DNA from: a virus
IMG/VR virus record: IMGVR_UViG_3300034283_001962
Coordinates: 32,001 to 96,000 of that record
Reading direction: 5' to 3' (one strand)
Length of the DNA: 64,000 bases
Every line of letters begins with the position of its first letter. Position 1 is the first letter of the stretch. A program made the translations under genes and the position numbers. The notes beneath the pieces were generated by a model. It did no database searches, was not told the DNA's origin, and worked only from the letters and a program-made list of their open reading frames with translations. This document shows, in pieces, positions 40,981-51,467 of this stretch.

Positions 40981-41038
40981 TTATTTCTTGGAAAAAACAC
41001 ATTTTATGCTTAACTTTAATGTCTCATAATTTTAAAAA

Positions 41039-41728
41039 ATGAATACACAAACAGCAAAAGAAATGGAAAAAACTAATGAAAACAGAATTCCACGAGAAGT
41101 TTATAAGGTTCTTCTTGTTGGACAATCAGGTAAAGGTAAAACGTACTCATTCCGAAATATGAATGAAATCAGTACAGGATTTATTAATACTGAACTAAAA
41201 CCTTTACCTTTCCGTAAAAATTTTAAGTATCATGCTAAACCCAAGAAATTTGTTGGTTTAATGAAAGCACTTGAAGACTTTGAGAAAAATGAAGAAATCA
41301 AAGTTATTGTAATTGATTCACTTTCAGCAGCATTTGAGAGTCTGGTTGAAGAAGCCAGGAGCTTGTATACTAACTGGGATGTCTGGAACTACTACAATAA
41401 GAAGATTGGCGAATTTATGAAGAAAGTAAAAGAGATCAATAAAGAGATCTTTATTACTGCTCATTATGAAGTACTTAATGTAGAAGGTGCACCTGAAAAA
41501 AGAGTTAAAGCAAAAGGTAAAGAATGGGAAGGAGTTATTGAGAAGGAATTTACTATCGTTCTGTATGCAGAAGATAAGTGGAAATCTGATACACCTGAGT
41601 ATTTCTATCGTCTTGCTGGTGAAGGAATGAGTGCAAAATGTCCTCCGGATATGTTTAAGGATAACCCTATACGTATTCCAAATGATGCAAACGAAGTTTA
41701 TAAAGCAATTCTAAATTACACAGCATGA
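41039..41728 (+). CDS. AAA_24/Sak4-like ATPase
   Basis: GQSGKGKT, VIDSLS and ITAH motifs. Confidence 0.8.
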   Translation: MNTQTAKEMEKTNENRIPREVYKVLLVGQSGKGKTYSFRNMNEISTGFINTELKPLPFRKNFKYHAKPKKFVGLMKALEDFEKNEEIKVIVIDSLSAAFESLVEEARSLYTNWDVWNYYNKKIGEFMKKVKEINKEIFITAHYEVLNVEGAPEKRVKAKGKEWEGVIEKEFTIVLYAEDKWKSDTPEYFYRLAGEGMSAKCPPDMFKDNPIRIPNDANEVYKAILNYTA

Positions 41729-42016
41729 CAGAGTTAGAAAAATATGAAGCAGTAAACAAAACTGAAACAGTTGAAGAACTACAAAATGTAATTTTATCCT
41801 TAGCTGATGAGCAAGGAATGGTTATGGGTAGAACTCGACCTTTTCATGCTGCTCAACAAGCAAAGAATTTAGAAATTGTAATGGAAGGTTACCCTGCTAA
41901 CTTATTAACTCGTTCATACGGAATAAGGCAACAAGCTTTGTATATAGCTTATTATAAAAGCATAGATAAACTGGATAATAACAGAGCACAAGTATTTATA
42001 AACAAAAATAAAGAAA

Positions 42017-42943
42017 ATGAAAGGTAACAAAAAAGAACAGAAAGATTTTGCAAAAGAAATTGGTCTATTTGAAGCTAAAGTTGTAGCAATTAATCCAGAT
42101 CGAGAAGAACTGGAAAAACTACTTGGAACAGAATTAGAAAAAGATCCTGAGTATGTAGAAAAACGTAAAGTAAAAGACTCTCAAAACGTTGAGACAGGAG
42201 AAGAAGTTGATTCTGTACGGATTTCTGTATGGACTGAAGATGTAAAAAGTAAGCGTCTTAGAAATATTAGTTTTTATCTTGAGGATCGTCCAAGATTTAA
42301 TAAAGATCAAACTAAAGTACAGTATATCAACTCTGTTGGTACTACAACTTGGGCTTTAATTGAAGATGGTACTTCTACTTTTCCAAGCTGGTTTACGAAC
42401 TTCTTAAGTAAAGATAAGAGCATTATTGGTAATAAAGAATACCGTCAAGCTATTGTAGGTGAAGAAGAGTTAATGACTTTTGTAAAGAATTGGGCAAAGT
42501 TTGATCTCTTTGATGTAGATACTAATATCTTACTTGATACTAAAAAGCTATTTAGAGGTAATGTTAAAGAGCTTTCTGAAGAGATTAATGGTGATATGGT
42601 AGAAACTATTGTAGCAATGGCAACTGTTCGTATCAGTGAAAAAGTAGTAAATGAAGATAGTGGAGAAAAAGAAACTGTTGTTTATCAAAGTGTTTATAAC
42701 AAAGACTTTCTTCCTGGCTTTAGTATGAAATACTTCCGGAATATTGAATTTGATGCTCAACGTGTCAACCAGCTTCGTTCAAAAAGTAAGCTTGTTGGGT
42801 TTGAGAAATTTATTGTAAATATCTCAGATAAAGAATATGGTTGTAAAACTCCTATCTTTATTGGTGAAGTAAAAGATTTTGTTCAAGGTGAACATATTAC
42901 TGCAAATGATGCAGTTCTAGAACAAGACGACGCTAAATACTAG
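42017..42943 (+). CDS. Putative ssDNA-binding protein (crAss-like)
   Basis: AKVVAINP N-terminus; position between the AAA ATPase and primase; acidic tail. Confidence 0.5.
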   Translation: MKGNKKEQKDFAKEIGLFEAKVVAINPDREELEKLLGTELEKDPEYVEKRKVKDSQNVETGEEVDSVRISVWTEDVKSKRLRNISFYLEDRPRFNKDQTKVQYINSVGTTTWALIEDGTSTFPSWFTNFLSKDKSIIGNKEYRQAIVGEEELMTFVKNWAKFDLFDVDTNILLDTKKLFRGNVKELSEEINGDMVETIVAMATVRISEKVVNEDSGEKETVVYQSVYNKDFLPGFSMKYFRNIEFDAQRVNQLRSKSKLVGFEKFIVNISDKEYGCKTPIFIGEVKDFVQGEHITANDAVLEQDDAKY

Positions 42944-43013
42944 GCAAGATTTGAAATTTTATAAGTTAAGCCCGGTGTATTTACATCGGGCTTTTTATTT
43001 ATCTTTGTTTTGC

Positions 43014-44015
43014 ATGAAAGGTATAAAAAAACAACTCTTAACAGAAGAAACTATTCTTCAGAAGGTTTCCGAATATGATATTTATCGTTTCTATCTTGGT
43101 CGTGATTTTAAACTTAATAGACCTATGCATTCTCCAATGCCAGGTAGAAAAGATGATAATCCTTCATTTGTAATAGGTAATAAGCACGGGTTTTTGTATC
43201 ACATAGATTTTGGTGACTCTTCTTATAGAGGAAGATGTGTAGATTTTGTGAAGCAAATGAACAGTCTAACAGATTATCATGATACATTACTTAAAATAGA
43301 TGAAGATTTTGGATTAGGTATAAGCAATCGTACAGATATAAAAGATTATAAACAAATTGTGGCAGAGTATAAACCTGATAAGTCTATTCCTAAAGAATAT
43401 TCTCTTATTCAATGTAAAGTAAGAAGGATATTTCATACAGACGAACTGTTGTATTGGAAACAATATTTTCAAACCGAACAGGATTTGCGAGCAGAGAATG
43501 TATATCCTATTACTGAGTTGTGGATAGATAAATTACGTAAAGGTATCTCTAAAACAGAAATGGTATTTGGTTACCTATATGATGATAAATGGAAAATTTA
43601 CCGTCCATTCAGTTCCAATAAAAAGGATAAATGGCGAACTAATGTTCCAATAGATCTTATGGATGGCTTAGAAAACATAAAAAACTGTAATAATGCTTTA
43701 GTCACTAAATCTAAAAAAGATAAGATGGTTATTAAAAAGATATTACCATGTGTTGCATCAGTACAAAATGAAAGCGTAGTAGCTATTAACGAGGAGAATT
43801 TAAACTACCTCAAAGCTAACTCCAATATACAATGGATCAATTTTGATTCTGATGCACCAGGTAAAAAGAATTCTTGGCATTATACTACAGAATTTGGTTT
43901 TCGGCATATCAATGTACCAGATCAGTTATTTCCTGTAAAAGACTTTGCAGATATGGCAAAAGAATACGGATTAAAAGCTGTAGAAGAACACTTTAAAACA
44001 AAAGGATTAATATGA
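43014..44015 (+). CDS. DNA primase (Toprim)
   Basis: SP..R.DDNPSF, TKSKKD, FDSD..G and KDFAD motifs; likely start MKGIKK. Confidence 0.8.
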   Translation: MKGIKKQLLTEETILQKVSEYDIYRFYLGRDFKLNRPMHSPMPGRKDDNPSFVIGNKHGFLYHIDFGDSSYRGRCVDFVKQMNSLTDYHDTLLKIDEDFGLGISNRTDIKDYKQIVAEYKPDKSIPKEYSLIQCKVRRIFHTDELLYWKQYFQTEQDLRAENVYPITELWIDKLRKGISKTEMVFGYLYDDKWKIYRPFSSNKKDKWRTNVPIDLMDGLENIKNCNNALVTKSKKDKMVIKKILPCVASVQNESVVAINEENLNYLKANSNIQWINFDSDAPGKKNSWHYTTEFGFRHINVPDQLFPVKDFADMAKEYGLKAVEEHFKTKGLI

Positions 44016-44202
44016 ATGTAATAACTGTTGTAGTTATAGTAGAAGGAGGAAATGTTCAAAGTATTTACTCAGATGAAAATGAAAAACATTTTAATGTGAT
44101 AATGTTGGATTATGATAATTTCAAAGCAGGTCAGAAGAAAGATAAGATACACTTACTTGCAGAAGAAATGATTGAAAATAAACAATTAAATTGTATTTAC
44201 TG

Positions 44203-44919
44203 ATGAATTTTGAAAAATTTGAACCTCTTTTAGGAGATTGGGCTTATAAAATAAAGCCATTTATAGAAAGTGAGGAATGCGATAAAATCTATGCACGGTT
44301 AAAAGCTGATTCATCTAGAGGTAAAAGAATATGTCCAGATTCTCAGAATACCTTTAGAGTGTTTAAGGAAACACCTTATAAGAAGTTGAAGGTCATATTT
44401 CTAATGTACGACCCTTACCCTTGGATTAAGGATGGTGTCACTGTAGCTGATGGTATTGCTCTTAGTTGTAGTAATACAAAAAAGTTTCAGCCATCTTTAG
44501 AACAATTTTATCATGCTATAGAGAGAGATACTAATTTAAAATTAGCTGGCATTAAAGATTGGGATTTAACTCCACTTTGTAATCAAGGAATAATGATGTT
44601 AAATACTGCACTTACAGTAGAAGAAGGAAAAGTGGGTTCTCATTATGATTTATGGAAACCTTTTACTACATACTTATTTGAGGAAGTTCTTGCAAAACAC
44701 AATAGAGGACTTATCTTTGTTTTATGTGGAAAAGAATCACAGTATTATGAAAGATTTATCAATCCTTTACAGCATTATATATTTAAATTAGAGCATCCTG
44801 CAGCAGCAGAATGGGGATCAAGAGAATGGAAACATGATGGAATCTTTAATACTATTAACAAACTGGTTAAAGAGAATAATAACGAGGAGATAATTTGGAT
44901 TGACGATCTCCCTTTCTGA
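44203..44919 (+). CDS. ung: Uracil-DNA glycosylase (family 1)
   Basis: YDPYP, ADGIALS, QGIMMLNTALTV and HPAA motifs. Confidence 0.88.
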   Translation: MNFEKFEPLLGDWAYKIKPFIESEECDKIYARLKADSSRGKRICPDSQNTFRVFKETPYKKLKVIFLMYDPYPWIKDGVTVADGIALSCSNTKKFQPSLEQFYHAIERDTNLKLAGIKDWDLTPLCNQGIMMLNTALTVEEGKVGSHYDLWKPFTTYLFEEVLAKHNRGLIFVLCGKESQYYERFINPLQHYIFKLEHPAAAEWGSREWKHDGIFNTINKLVKENNNEEIIWIDDLPF

Positions 44920-45398
44920 TGTATAATATGAAAACTAGATGGATACAGCGGGATCTGGAAGAACAGATTGCCGAAGAGTATAAAAATCAAGGAAAAGAAT
45001 ATCAATTTTTAAATCAAAAAAAAGAAAAAATGGCACAAGAGCTTAAAATCTCAGAAATCTTGACGCTTCTTAAACAAGGGTATAAGCGTTGGACAAAAGA
45101 AGAGAATGAAGAAGGAAAAAGTATTCAGACTCACTATGGTCTTACATTTAGTGAATGTAAAGAGATCTTTAAACATCCGAAAATCAAAGGTCTAAAAAGC
45201 AAAAAACTTTCTGTGAAACTAATAGATGACACAGAAATTAATCGCTCTATAGTTCAAGCTGAAACAACTACTTGGACTGAAGCAGAAGTGGTTGCAGAAC
45301 AACCTACAACACCAGTAGAACAAACTCTGGAAGAAAAGTTTGAAAATCTCTTTAACTAATCAATTTAATTAAAAACAAAAATTTAAATTTCAATTATT

Positions 45399-45911
45399 AT
45401 GGTAAAAGTATCAGTTTACAGCGGAACAGGTAGTATTAAACAAGTCGAATTTGTAGGTGCAAAATGGTCAGAACTCCAACAAACACTTGCTCAAAATGGA
45501 ATTTCTTATAATTCCAATGGAATGATAGCAGTAATTGGTGAAACCGAACTTACTTTGCAATCTAATGATGCAATTATTCCTACAACTGATTTTACTCTGT
45601 TTCTACTTCCTCAAAAAGTAAAGAGTGGTTCTGATGATGAGGATAGCTACGATGAGAGTTATGATGAGAGCTATGATGACAGTGACGATGATGATGACAA
45701 TGAAATTGTACCAGCAGTGAACCCTTCAGGAGTTCCTGCTGATGTTACCAGCTGGACAAAAGAACATGCTTTGATTGCAATTAATCTAATTAGCACTAAA
45801 ACAAATGAGATTAATACTTTGGGAAACCAAATCAGGCAGTATGTTACTAATATGTCTGTTAGTCCTTTGGATGATAAAGCCAAAGAGCTGATGAACAAAC
45901 TCTTTAAGTAA
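45399..45911 (+). CDS. Ubiquitin-like (beta-grasp) protein with an acidic C-terminal extension
   Basis: beta-beta-alpha-beta-beta-beta pattern ending FTLFLLPQKVKSG, then an acidic linker. Confidence 0.6.
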   Translation: MVKVSVYSGTGSIKQVEFVGAKWSELQQTLAQNGISYNSNGMIAVIGETELTLQSNDAIIPTTDFTLFLLPQKVKSGSDDEDSYDESYDESYDDSDDDDDNEIVPAVNPSGVPADVTSWTKEHALIAINLISTKTNEINTLGNQIRQYVTNMSVSPLDDKAKELMNKLFK

Positions 45912-45974
45912 CTAAAACTAGGGGTATCGTAATAATGCGATACCCCTTTTTTCTTTAAACAATAAAATATTAAT

Positions 45975-47375
45975 ATGGCAACAATCTTAACAATTGAAGA
46001 AAAACTAAAAAAGAACGCAGAAGTATTGATACACGGAATAGATTTATCTCCAATAGTAAAAATGAAAAATGCTCTTAATGAAGTTTTTGGAGAAGAAAGA
46101 AATCAAATAGTAAGTCTTTTTGAAAAAGAAAGTTATCTTAAATTTTCACAAGTAAAAGATTTCTCAGGAGATGTAAAAAATTATAAAAAATATGTAATAG
46201 ATAATTATTTTTTTGATATAATAATTCACTTTCCTGAAATAACAATTAAAAACTCAAAAGGAAAGTCTAGAAAAATATATGATTTATATGTTAAGTTTAA
46301 TGTTGGTTTAGACTTTAAGATTAAAGAAAATTTAATGGGTATAGCAACTACTTTTGAAGAAGATGCTTTAAATAGTAGTTACCATCACTCACATCTTCCA
46401 TCAGGTAAATATACTGACTTTAAATCATTCTGTTTAGGTTCAGATACACCAATAAATCTTTTGTTTCACAAAATGAAAAGTAACGCTTTTGATGAAGGAA
46501 CTTTTAAAATGTTGTTGTATACTATTAGAGAGTATGTTTCTTGGGAATCACTAGAAGGTGGACCACATGTTAGGATGAGTAATGTTAATGTAAATAATGT
46601 AGGAGCAGGATTTAATTGGTTAACTGCGTCTTATACAACTGAGAATTTATTAAGTGCTGATTCAATATTAAATTTTCCATCTAAAGCATTTTCTGAAATA
46701 TCTCTCTGTTATATACTTAAAGAAGCTATAACAGAAGATGCTAGAAACATTATTATAAATAACTGTTTTACTTATAGATTAGAAGGCACTGAAGTAATTC
46801 TGCAACCAACTGATTTTTTAAGTAAAAAAATTGCAATGTTTTGGTTAGAACTGTGGAATGTACTAAAAATTAATTACAGAACATCTACACGTAGTTACAA
46901 AGAAGATAAAGTTAGAGTATACTTAGCAGAAAAAGCATCATTTAATTATACTGCAAGAGGAAGTTTTCAGGTATATCATTTTTGTAATGACCTAGCTTAT
47001 AGAACTTTATTTAAAAAAAATGATCAAGGTAAATTTATTATTGACGCTAAATTATACGAAGAAACAACAGGAAGTACATTTCCTATATCAACAAATACTT
47101 CGATTTATACTAACGGAAAAAAGTTATTTAAATTTAAAGGTAATGATGTAACAATTCGCATTATAATACCTGAAGATAAAACTAAAGTTCAACTAACCAA
47201 AGAAGAATTAGAAACATTTTATATTCATCCAAAAATACTAAATTATGTCACAAACTATTTTGCAGATAAACTCAATTCCCAAATCATTACCACTTGTACA
47301 GGCACAAGGGAAGATACCACTAATAATTTCGCAGAAGCTCCAACGACAGATATTTTGGCTTTGCTCCAAGATTAA
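45975..47375 (+). CDS. Prokaryotic E2-like domain protein
   Basis: HSHLP...FCLG motif resembling the E2 active site; flanked by Ubl and JAB genes. Confidence 0.55.
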   Translation: MATILTIEEKLKKNAEVLIHGIDLSPIVKMKNALNEVFGEERNQIVSLFEKESYLKFSQVKDFSGDVKNYKKYVIDNYFFDIIIHFPEITIKNSKGKSRKIYDLYVKFNVGLDFKIKENLMGIATTFEEDALNSSYHHSHLPSGKYTDFKSFCLGSDTPINLLFHKMKSNAFDEGTFKMLLYTIREYVSWESLEGGPHVRMSNVNVNNVGAGFNWLTASYTTENLLSADSILNFPSKAFSEISLCYILKEAITEDARNIIINNCFTYRLEGTEVILQPTDFLSKKIAMFWLELWNVLKINYRTSTRSYKEDKVRVYLAEKASFNYTARGSFQVYHFCNDLAYRTLFKKNDQGKFIIDAKLYEETTGSTFPISTNTSIYTNGKKLFKFKGNDVTIRIIIPEDKTKVQLTKEELETFYIHPKILNYVTNYFADKLNSQIITTCTGTREDTTNNFAEAPTTDILALLQD

Positions 47376-48591
47376 TGCTGTTGAGTGGTCAGGTACACTG
47401 TTTTACCAAGTTGAAGGTCAATTTGGTAACAAAAACTTTAAGATTACTGCTAAAGAAGTGTATCTTCAAGATATTGGTACATCAGGATACACAGAATATG
47501 AGTTCGATATGGACTTTATACGGTTAATAATGAAAGATTCCGCATTGCGAGATTTAAAAAGAGGTCACATTCACTCTCATAATACAATGAATGTCTTTTT
47601 TTCAGGTACAGATAATTCAGAGCTTGTTGATAATGCTCCAAATTACAATTATTACCTTTCTCTTATTGTTAACAACCGAAATGAAATGACAGCAAGAGTT
47701 GCATTTGTAACTACTATTAAGTCATCAGATAAGCGTACTTATATCTTTAAAGGTAACGAAGGAGAAGATCTTAGTTTAGAAGTAGGAGATGAAGTAAAAG
47801 AAGAACAAAAAGTACTCTATTACGATTGTGATATTGAAATAGAAAAAGATGAAATTGAACAAACTATGCTGAGTAGATATACTGAGATAAAAGAAAAAGT
47901 AAAAGTTGTTCCTGCAACTTCTAAAATTACATCTTATGAAGAAGCAATGAATAAGTTTGGTTCTACAAAATCTTGGAATAGTGAAAGTAATTTCGTTCAG
48001 GGAGGTAACGCTTGTCAAGGGAGTTTTTTTCAGGAACAAGAGGAAAGAGCAAAAAGCAACAGAAGCGAGAAAACAAACTACTACGAAGAAAAGAGCAGAT
48101 GGAATCAAAACAGAGAAAGAAAAAAAGAAAGCAACAATTCAAGTGATTTCTGGGGAAGTGATTACTGGGAAGGTGAGGAGCAACCCAATTCGAGATATGA
48201 TAAACAGTCTACTGGAAACGTAATTATAGATGATGATACATTTAATTCTGATGAGGATTTATATGAAGAGAACCTGGAAAAATTTGTTTGTCAGTATATC
48301 TTAAATGATTTTAGTGGAAATATAGTGAATAGGTTTAGCGATGTTGAACAAGTTATTGAACATCTTGCTGAAAACAGAGATAAAATGAGTAAACGTGAGT
48401 GGATTAAGTATTGTGATAATCTATCAAAAGGATTTGATAAACTTTACAGTAGCTTTTGGAATGATGTAAATGGTGAAAATACTGAAGCTGTTATATCTGA
48501 TAGTATTAGTATATTACTTAGTAATGCTCCAATTGGTACACAAAATTGTGTTGATGACCTTGCTAAATCACTTCAGGAAGCTGTAGTTTAA
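47245..48591 (+). CDS. JAB/MPN metallopeptidase domain protein
   Basis: VEWSG and GHIHSHNTMNVFFSGTD motifs. Confidence 0.85.
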   Translation: MSQTILQINSIPKSLPLVQAQGKIPLIISQKLQRQIFWLCSKINAVEWSGTLFYQVEGQFGNKNFKITAKEVYLQDIGTSGYTEYEFDMDFIRLIMKDSALRDLKRGHIHSHNTMNVFFSGTDNSELVDNAPNYNYYLSLIVNNRNEMTARVAFVTTIKSSDKRTYIFKGNEGEDLSLEVGDEVKEEQKVLYYDCDIEIEKDEIEQTMLSRYTEIKEKVKVVPATSKITSYEEAMNKFGSTKSWNSESNFVQGGNACQGSFFQEQEERAKSNRSEKTNYYEEKSRWNQNRERKKESNNSSDFWGSDYWEGEEQPNSRYDKQSTGNVIIDDDTFNSDEDLYEENLEKFVCQYILNDFSGNIVNRFSDVEQVIEHLAENRDKMSKREWIKYCDNLSKGFDKLYSSFWNDVNGENTEAVISDSISILLSNAPIGTQNCVDDLAKSLQEAVV

Positions 48592-48602
48592 AACAAAAAA
48601 AT

Positions 48603-49343
48603 ATGTTGTTATATACTGAAACAGAAGACGGAAATAAAGAGCTGATTACAGAAGCTCAATATACAAGATTAAAGGGAGCCGATTGGTTTCCTTTATCTTA
48701 TAAAAAGCCTATTATGATACTTGGTCAAGGAGGAATTGGTTCATGGGCTAGCATATTTTATTCACGAATTGGTTGTATCATTCACAGTTATGATATGGAT
48801 AACTTTGAAGATCATAATATGACTGGTCAATTTGTTATGAATAAAGATACAGGAAAAGCTAAAGTTGAAGCTGTAGCTAATTTAGTAAAAGATTTCTCTC
48901 CAGATGCAGAAATCTATGCAAATAATACTGCATATACAACTGATTCTCCAACATCAGATATAGTTATATGTGGGTTTGACAATATGAAAGCTCGTAAATT
49001 AGCTTTTTTAAAATGGGTAGATTATGTAATGAATAAAGCTCCAGATAAATCTAAGTGTTTTTTTCAAGATGGAAGACTACTTGCTGAAACACTGCAGATT
49101 TTTAATATTTCAGGAAATGATCTTGAGAAGATCAAAATGTATTATAATGAGCATTTGTTTGATGATGCTGAAGTAGAAGAAGCTGACTGTACATTCAAAC
49201 AAACCTCTCATTGTGCTGGAATGATAGCTTCTCATATGGTAGGATTTTTCACAAACTGGCTCTCAAAGAGTTATACAGGAGTATTTCGAACTGTACCTTT
49301 TTTGTATCAATATGTTATACCTTTAAATAGACATGAATCATGA
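48603..49343 (+). CDS. ThiF/E1-like adenylyltransferase
   Basis: GQGGIGSW, D.DNFEDHN..GQ, GKAKVEA, DNMKAR and DGR motifs; C-terminal Cys. Confidence 0.88.
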   Translation: MLLYTETEDGNKELITEAQYTRLKGADWFPLSYKKPIMILGQGGIGSWASIFYSRIGCIIHSYDMDNFEDHNMTGQFVMNKDTGKAKVEAVANLVKDFSPDAEIYANNTAYTTDSPTSDIVICGFDNMKARKLAFLKWVDYVMNKAPDKSKCFFQDGRLLAETLQIFNISGNDLEKIKMYYNEHLFDDAEVEEADCTFKQTSHCAGMIASHMVGFFTNWLSKSYTGVFRTVPFLYQYVIPLNRHES

Positions 49344-49978
49344 GAATTAATTTTGAGTTTTTTAATAGAATTACAAATGAACCATATACAAGTAATAATA
49401 GTTTAATAATAGATCGAGATTCAATAGAATTTACTAATTTAAGATTTATTCCTAGCAAAATAACTGAAATTCCATTAGTATTAATACCCGTTTTAGAAAA
49501 TGCTATACTTAAAGAGAATGACGAAGTTATAAAATTACGATATCTTACTAATATGCAATTTAGAGGAAGAAAGCTTAAATCAGCTCAGCTTGCTGGAATT
49601 ATTGGTAATTTATGTGAATGTTTTAAAGACTGTAATTCCTCTTTGATTTTTGGTAAAGGGTTTATTGCTGTAAATCGTGGTACATACTTAGAGTATTTAT
49701 TCATGATTACAACAACTGTAGAAAAAGGAGTAGTAGAAAAGAATATAAATAAGTGCAAAATTTATATTTCTCCTAAACTAAAATCAGAATTTAGGACTAT
49801 AAATTCAATTATAGAGAAATATTTTCTAAAAGATTTCAATGGAGACATAATTATTACTAATGCTATGAGTAAATATTTTGGTGTTAAAGTTAAATTGCCT
49901 AAATTTGATACTGTTGCTGAGCAGCAAGACTTTATTAAGCAAATGTTTGCTCAATTTGTAATTCAATTAGCAGCTTAA
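49340..49978 (+). CDS. Hypothetical protein
   Basis: 212-aa ORF coupled to the E1 gene. Confidence 0.6.
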   Translation: MRINFEFFNRITNEPYTSNNSLIIDRDSIEFTNLRFIPSKITEIPLVLIPVLENAILKENDEVIKLRYLTNMQFRGRKLKSAQLAGIIGNLCECFKDCNSSLIFGKGFIAVNRGTYLEYLFMITTTVEKGVVEKNINKCKIYISPKLKSEFRTINSIIEKYFLKDFNGDIIITNAMSKYFGVKVKLPKFDTVAEQQDFIKQMFAQFVIQLAA

Positions 49979-49980
49979 TT

Positions 49981-50640
49981 ATGACAAGAAATAAAGTTAC
50001 CCGTAAAAAAAATAATACTTCTTCCAAAACTAAAATAGTTATAAAACCTAAAGGAACCAAAATGAAAAACACAACTGGTTCTTATAAAAATATAGCTTAT
50101 GATAGTTTAGAAGAATTAGCATTTTTACAATGGGCATCAGAATTACAGAAAGCTGGGTATATACACTCTATTCAGCGTTCTCCCAGCTTTCTGCTTTCTG
50201 ATAGTTTATCTAAAGACTATGTAATCCAAAAACTTACTAGTAGCAAACCAGCTATCCAAAACCTTCTACAAGGTCACAGTTATACTCCAGAATTTTATAT
50301 TATCTGGAATAAAATAGCAAAGGATAAATTTGTATGGACAATGGATGACACTTGTAAGTTTGAAAAGTTATTTGTAGGCGACGAAATGGCTAACGGTACT
50401 TATCAAACCTATATAGAAATTAAACCTATTTGGGATCAAAACAATATGGAAAGATTATTTAAGCTTAATCAAAAATGGATGTGGCAAAAACACTCTATTT
50501 TTGTTAATCTTATAAAGTGTCCAGAGTTGTTTTCTGAGAGTTTTACTCCAAATGAATATAGAACTACTAAAACAGGTAGAACTAGAACAATTAAATGGGA
50601 AATTAAAACATTGAGTCAATTTATAAATATAAAAAAATGA
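49981..50640 (+). CDS. PD-(D/E)XK-like endonuclease
   Basis: YDSLEE, YTPEF and YIEIK motifs. Confidence 0.6.
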   Translation: MTRNKVTRKKNNTSSKTKIVIKPKGTKMKNTTGSYKNIAYDSLEELAFLQWASELQKAGYIHSIQRSPSFLLSDSLSKDYVIQKLTSSKPAIQNLLQGHSYTPEFYIIWNKIAKDKFVWTMDDTCKFEKLFVGDEMANGTYQTYIEIKPIWDQNNMERLFKLNQKWMWQKHSIFVNLIKCPELFSESFTPNEYRTTKTGRTRTIKWEIKTLSQFINIKK

Positions 50641-51467
50641 AAATGATATTATTTGGCTCTCGTGCTATTAAACATCATTATCCTGATTTTTATAGAGAGT
50701 GTAAAGATTGGGATTTTTTAGTTGAGAAAGATTTTAGACATTTAAAGTCTAATATAAAAGAAATAGAATACAAATACATTGAACCATTATGGGATTCTAT
50801 GACAAAAATAGAACATGAAACTCATGTGTTATATCCTTATAAAATACTTACTTTAAAGATATCTCATTTGTTTTATGATAACAACTGGGAAAAACACATA
50901 AAAGATGTACAGTTTTTGTATAATAAAGGTGTAAGATATGACATAAAGTTATTAGAAAAGTTGATTATATGGTGGAAAAAAGTCTTACCTAAACAGAGAA
51001 GAAGTAATTTAACTTTAAACAAAGAAGAATTCTTTAAAAATAAGATTAATTATACTATTGATCATGATTTTATTCATACTTTAATTAATCCAATACCTGC
51101 TTATTTGAGTATTTTAAAAAATGACTCTGAAGTAGAACCTTCTGAAGTTAAATGGATTAGACAACCAAGAATTATAAAAGACAGGATTGTAAGAGAAGAA
51201 ATATACGTAATGGCTTGGGAAAGAAATTTTAAACATAATAGAAATTATATTGAAGCTTATCAATGGATGTTAAAGAATTTTATTCAAAGACATGCTCCTG
51301 TTTGGGAGATGCTGTATATAATAGAAAACTATGAAAGGTTAAAAGTACCTGAATTTGATTACATAAAACATATAAATGATGGATTATTTAGAAAAGGAAT
51401 TAGTTACGAAACAAATGACAGAGAGAGAATACAGAAGTTTAAACAAGAAAAGTTACAGCTCGCTTAA
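50637..51467 (+). CDS. Phage protein with a nucleotidyltransferase-like N-terminus
   Basis: GSRA...KDWD, TLKISH and DHDFIH motifs. Confidence 0.55.
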   Translation: MKMILFGSRAIKHHYPDFYRECKDWDFLVEKDFRHLKSNIKEIEYKYIEPLWDSMTKIEHETHVLYPYKILTLKISHLFYDNNWEKHIKDVQFLYNKGVRYDIKLLEKLIIWWKKVLPKQRRSNLTLNKEEFFKNKINYTIDHDFIHTLINPIPAYLSILKNDSEVEPSEVKWIRQPRIIKDRIVREEIYVMAWERNFKHNRNYIEAYQWMLKNFIQRHAPVWEMLYIIENYERLKVPEFDYIKHINDGLFRKGISYETNDRERIQKFKQEKLQLA

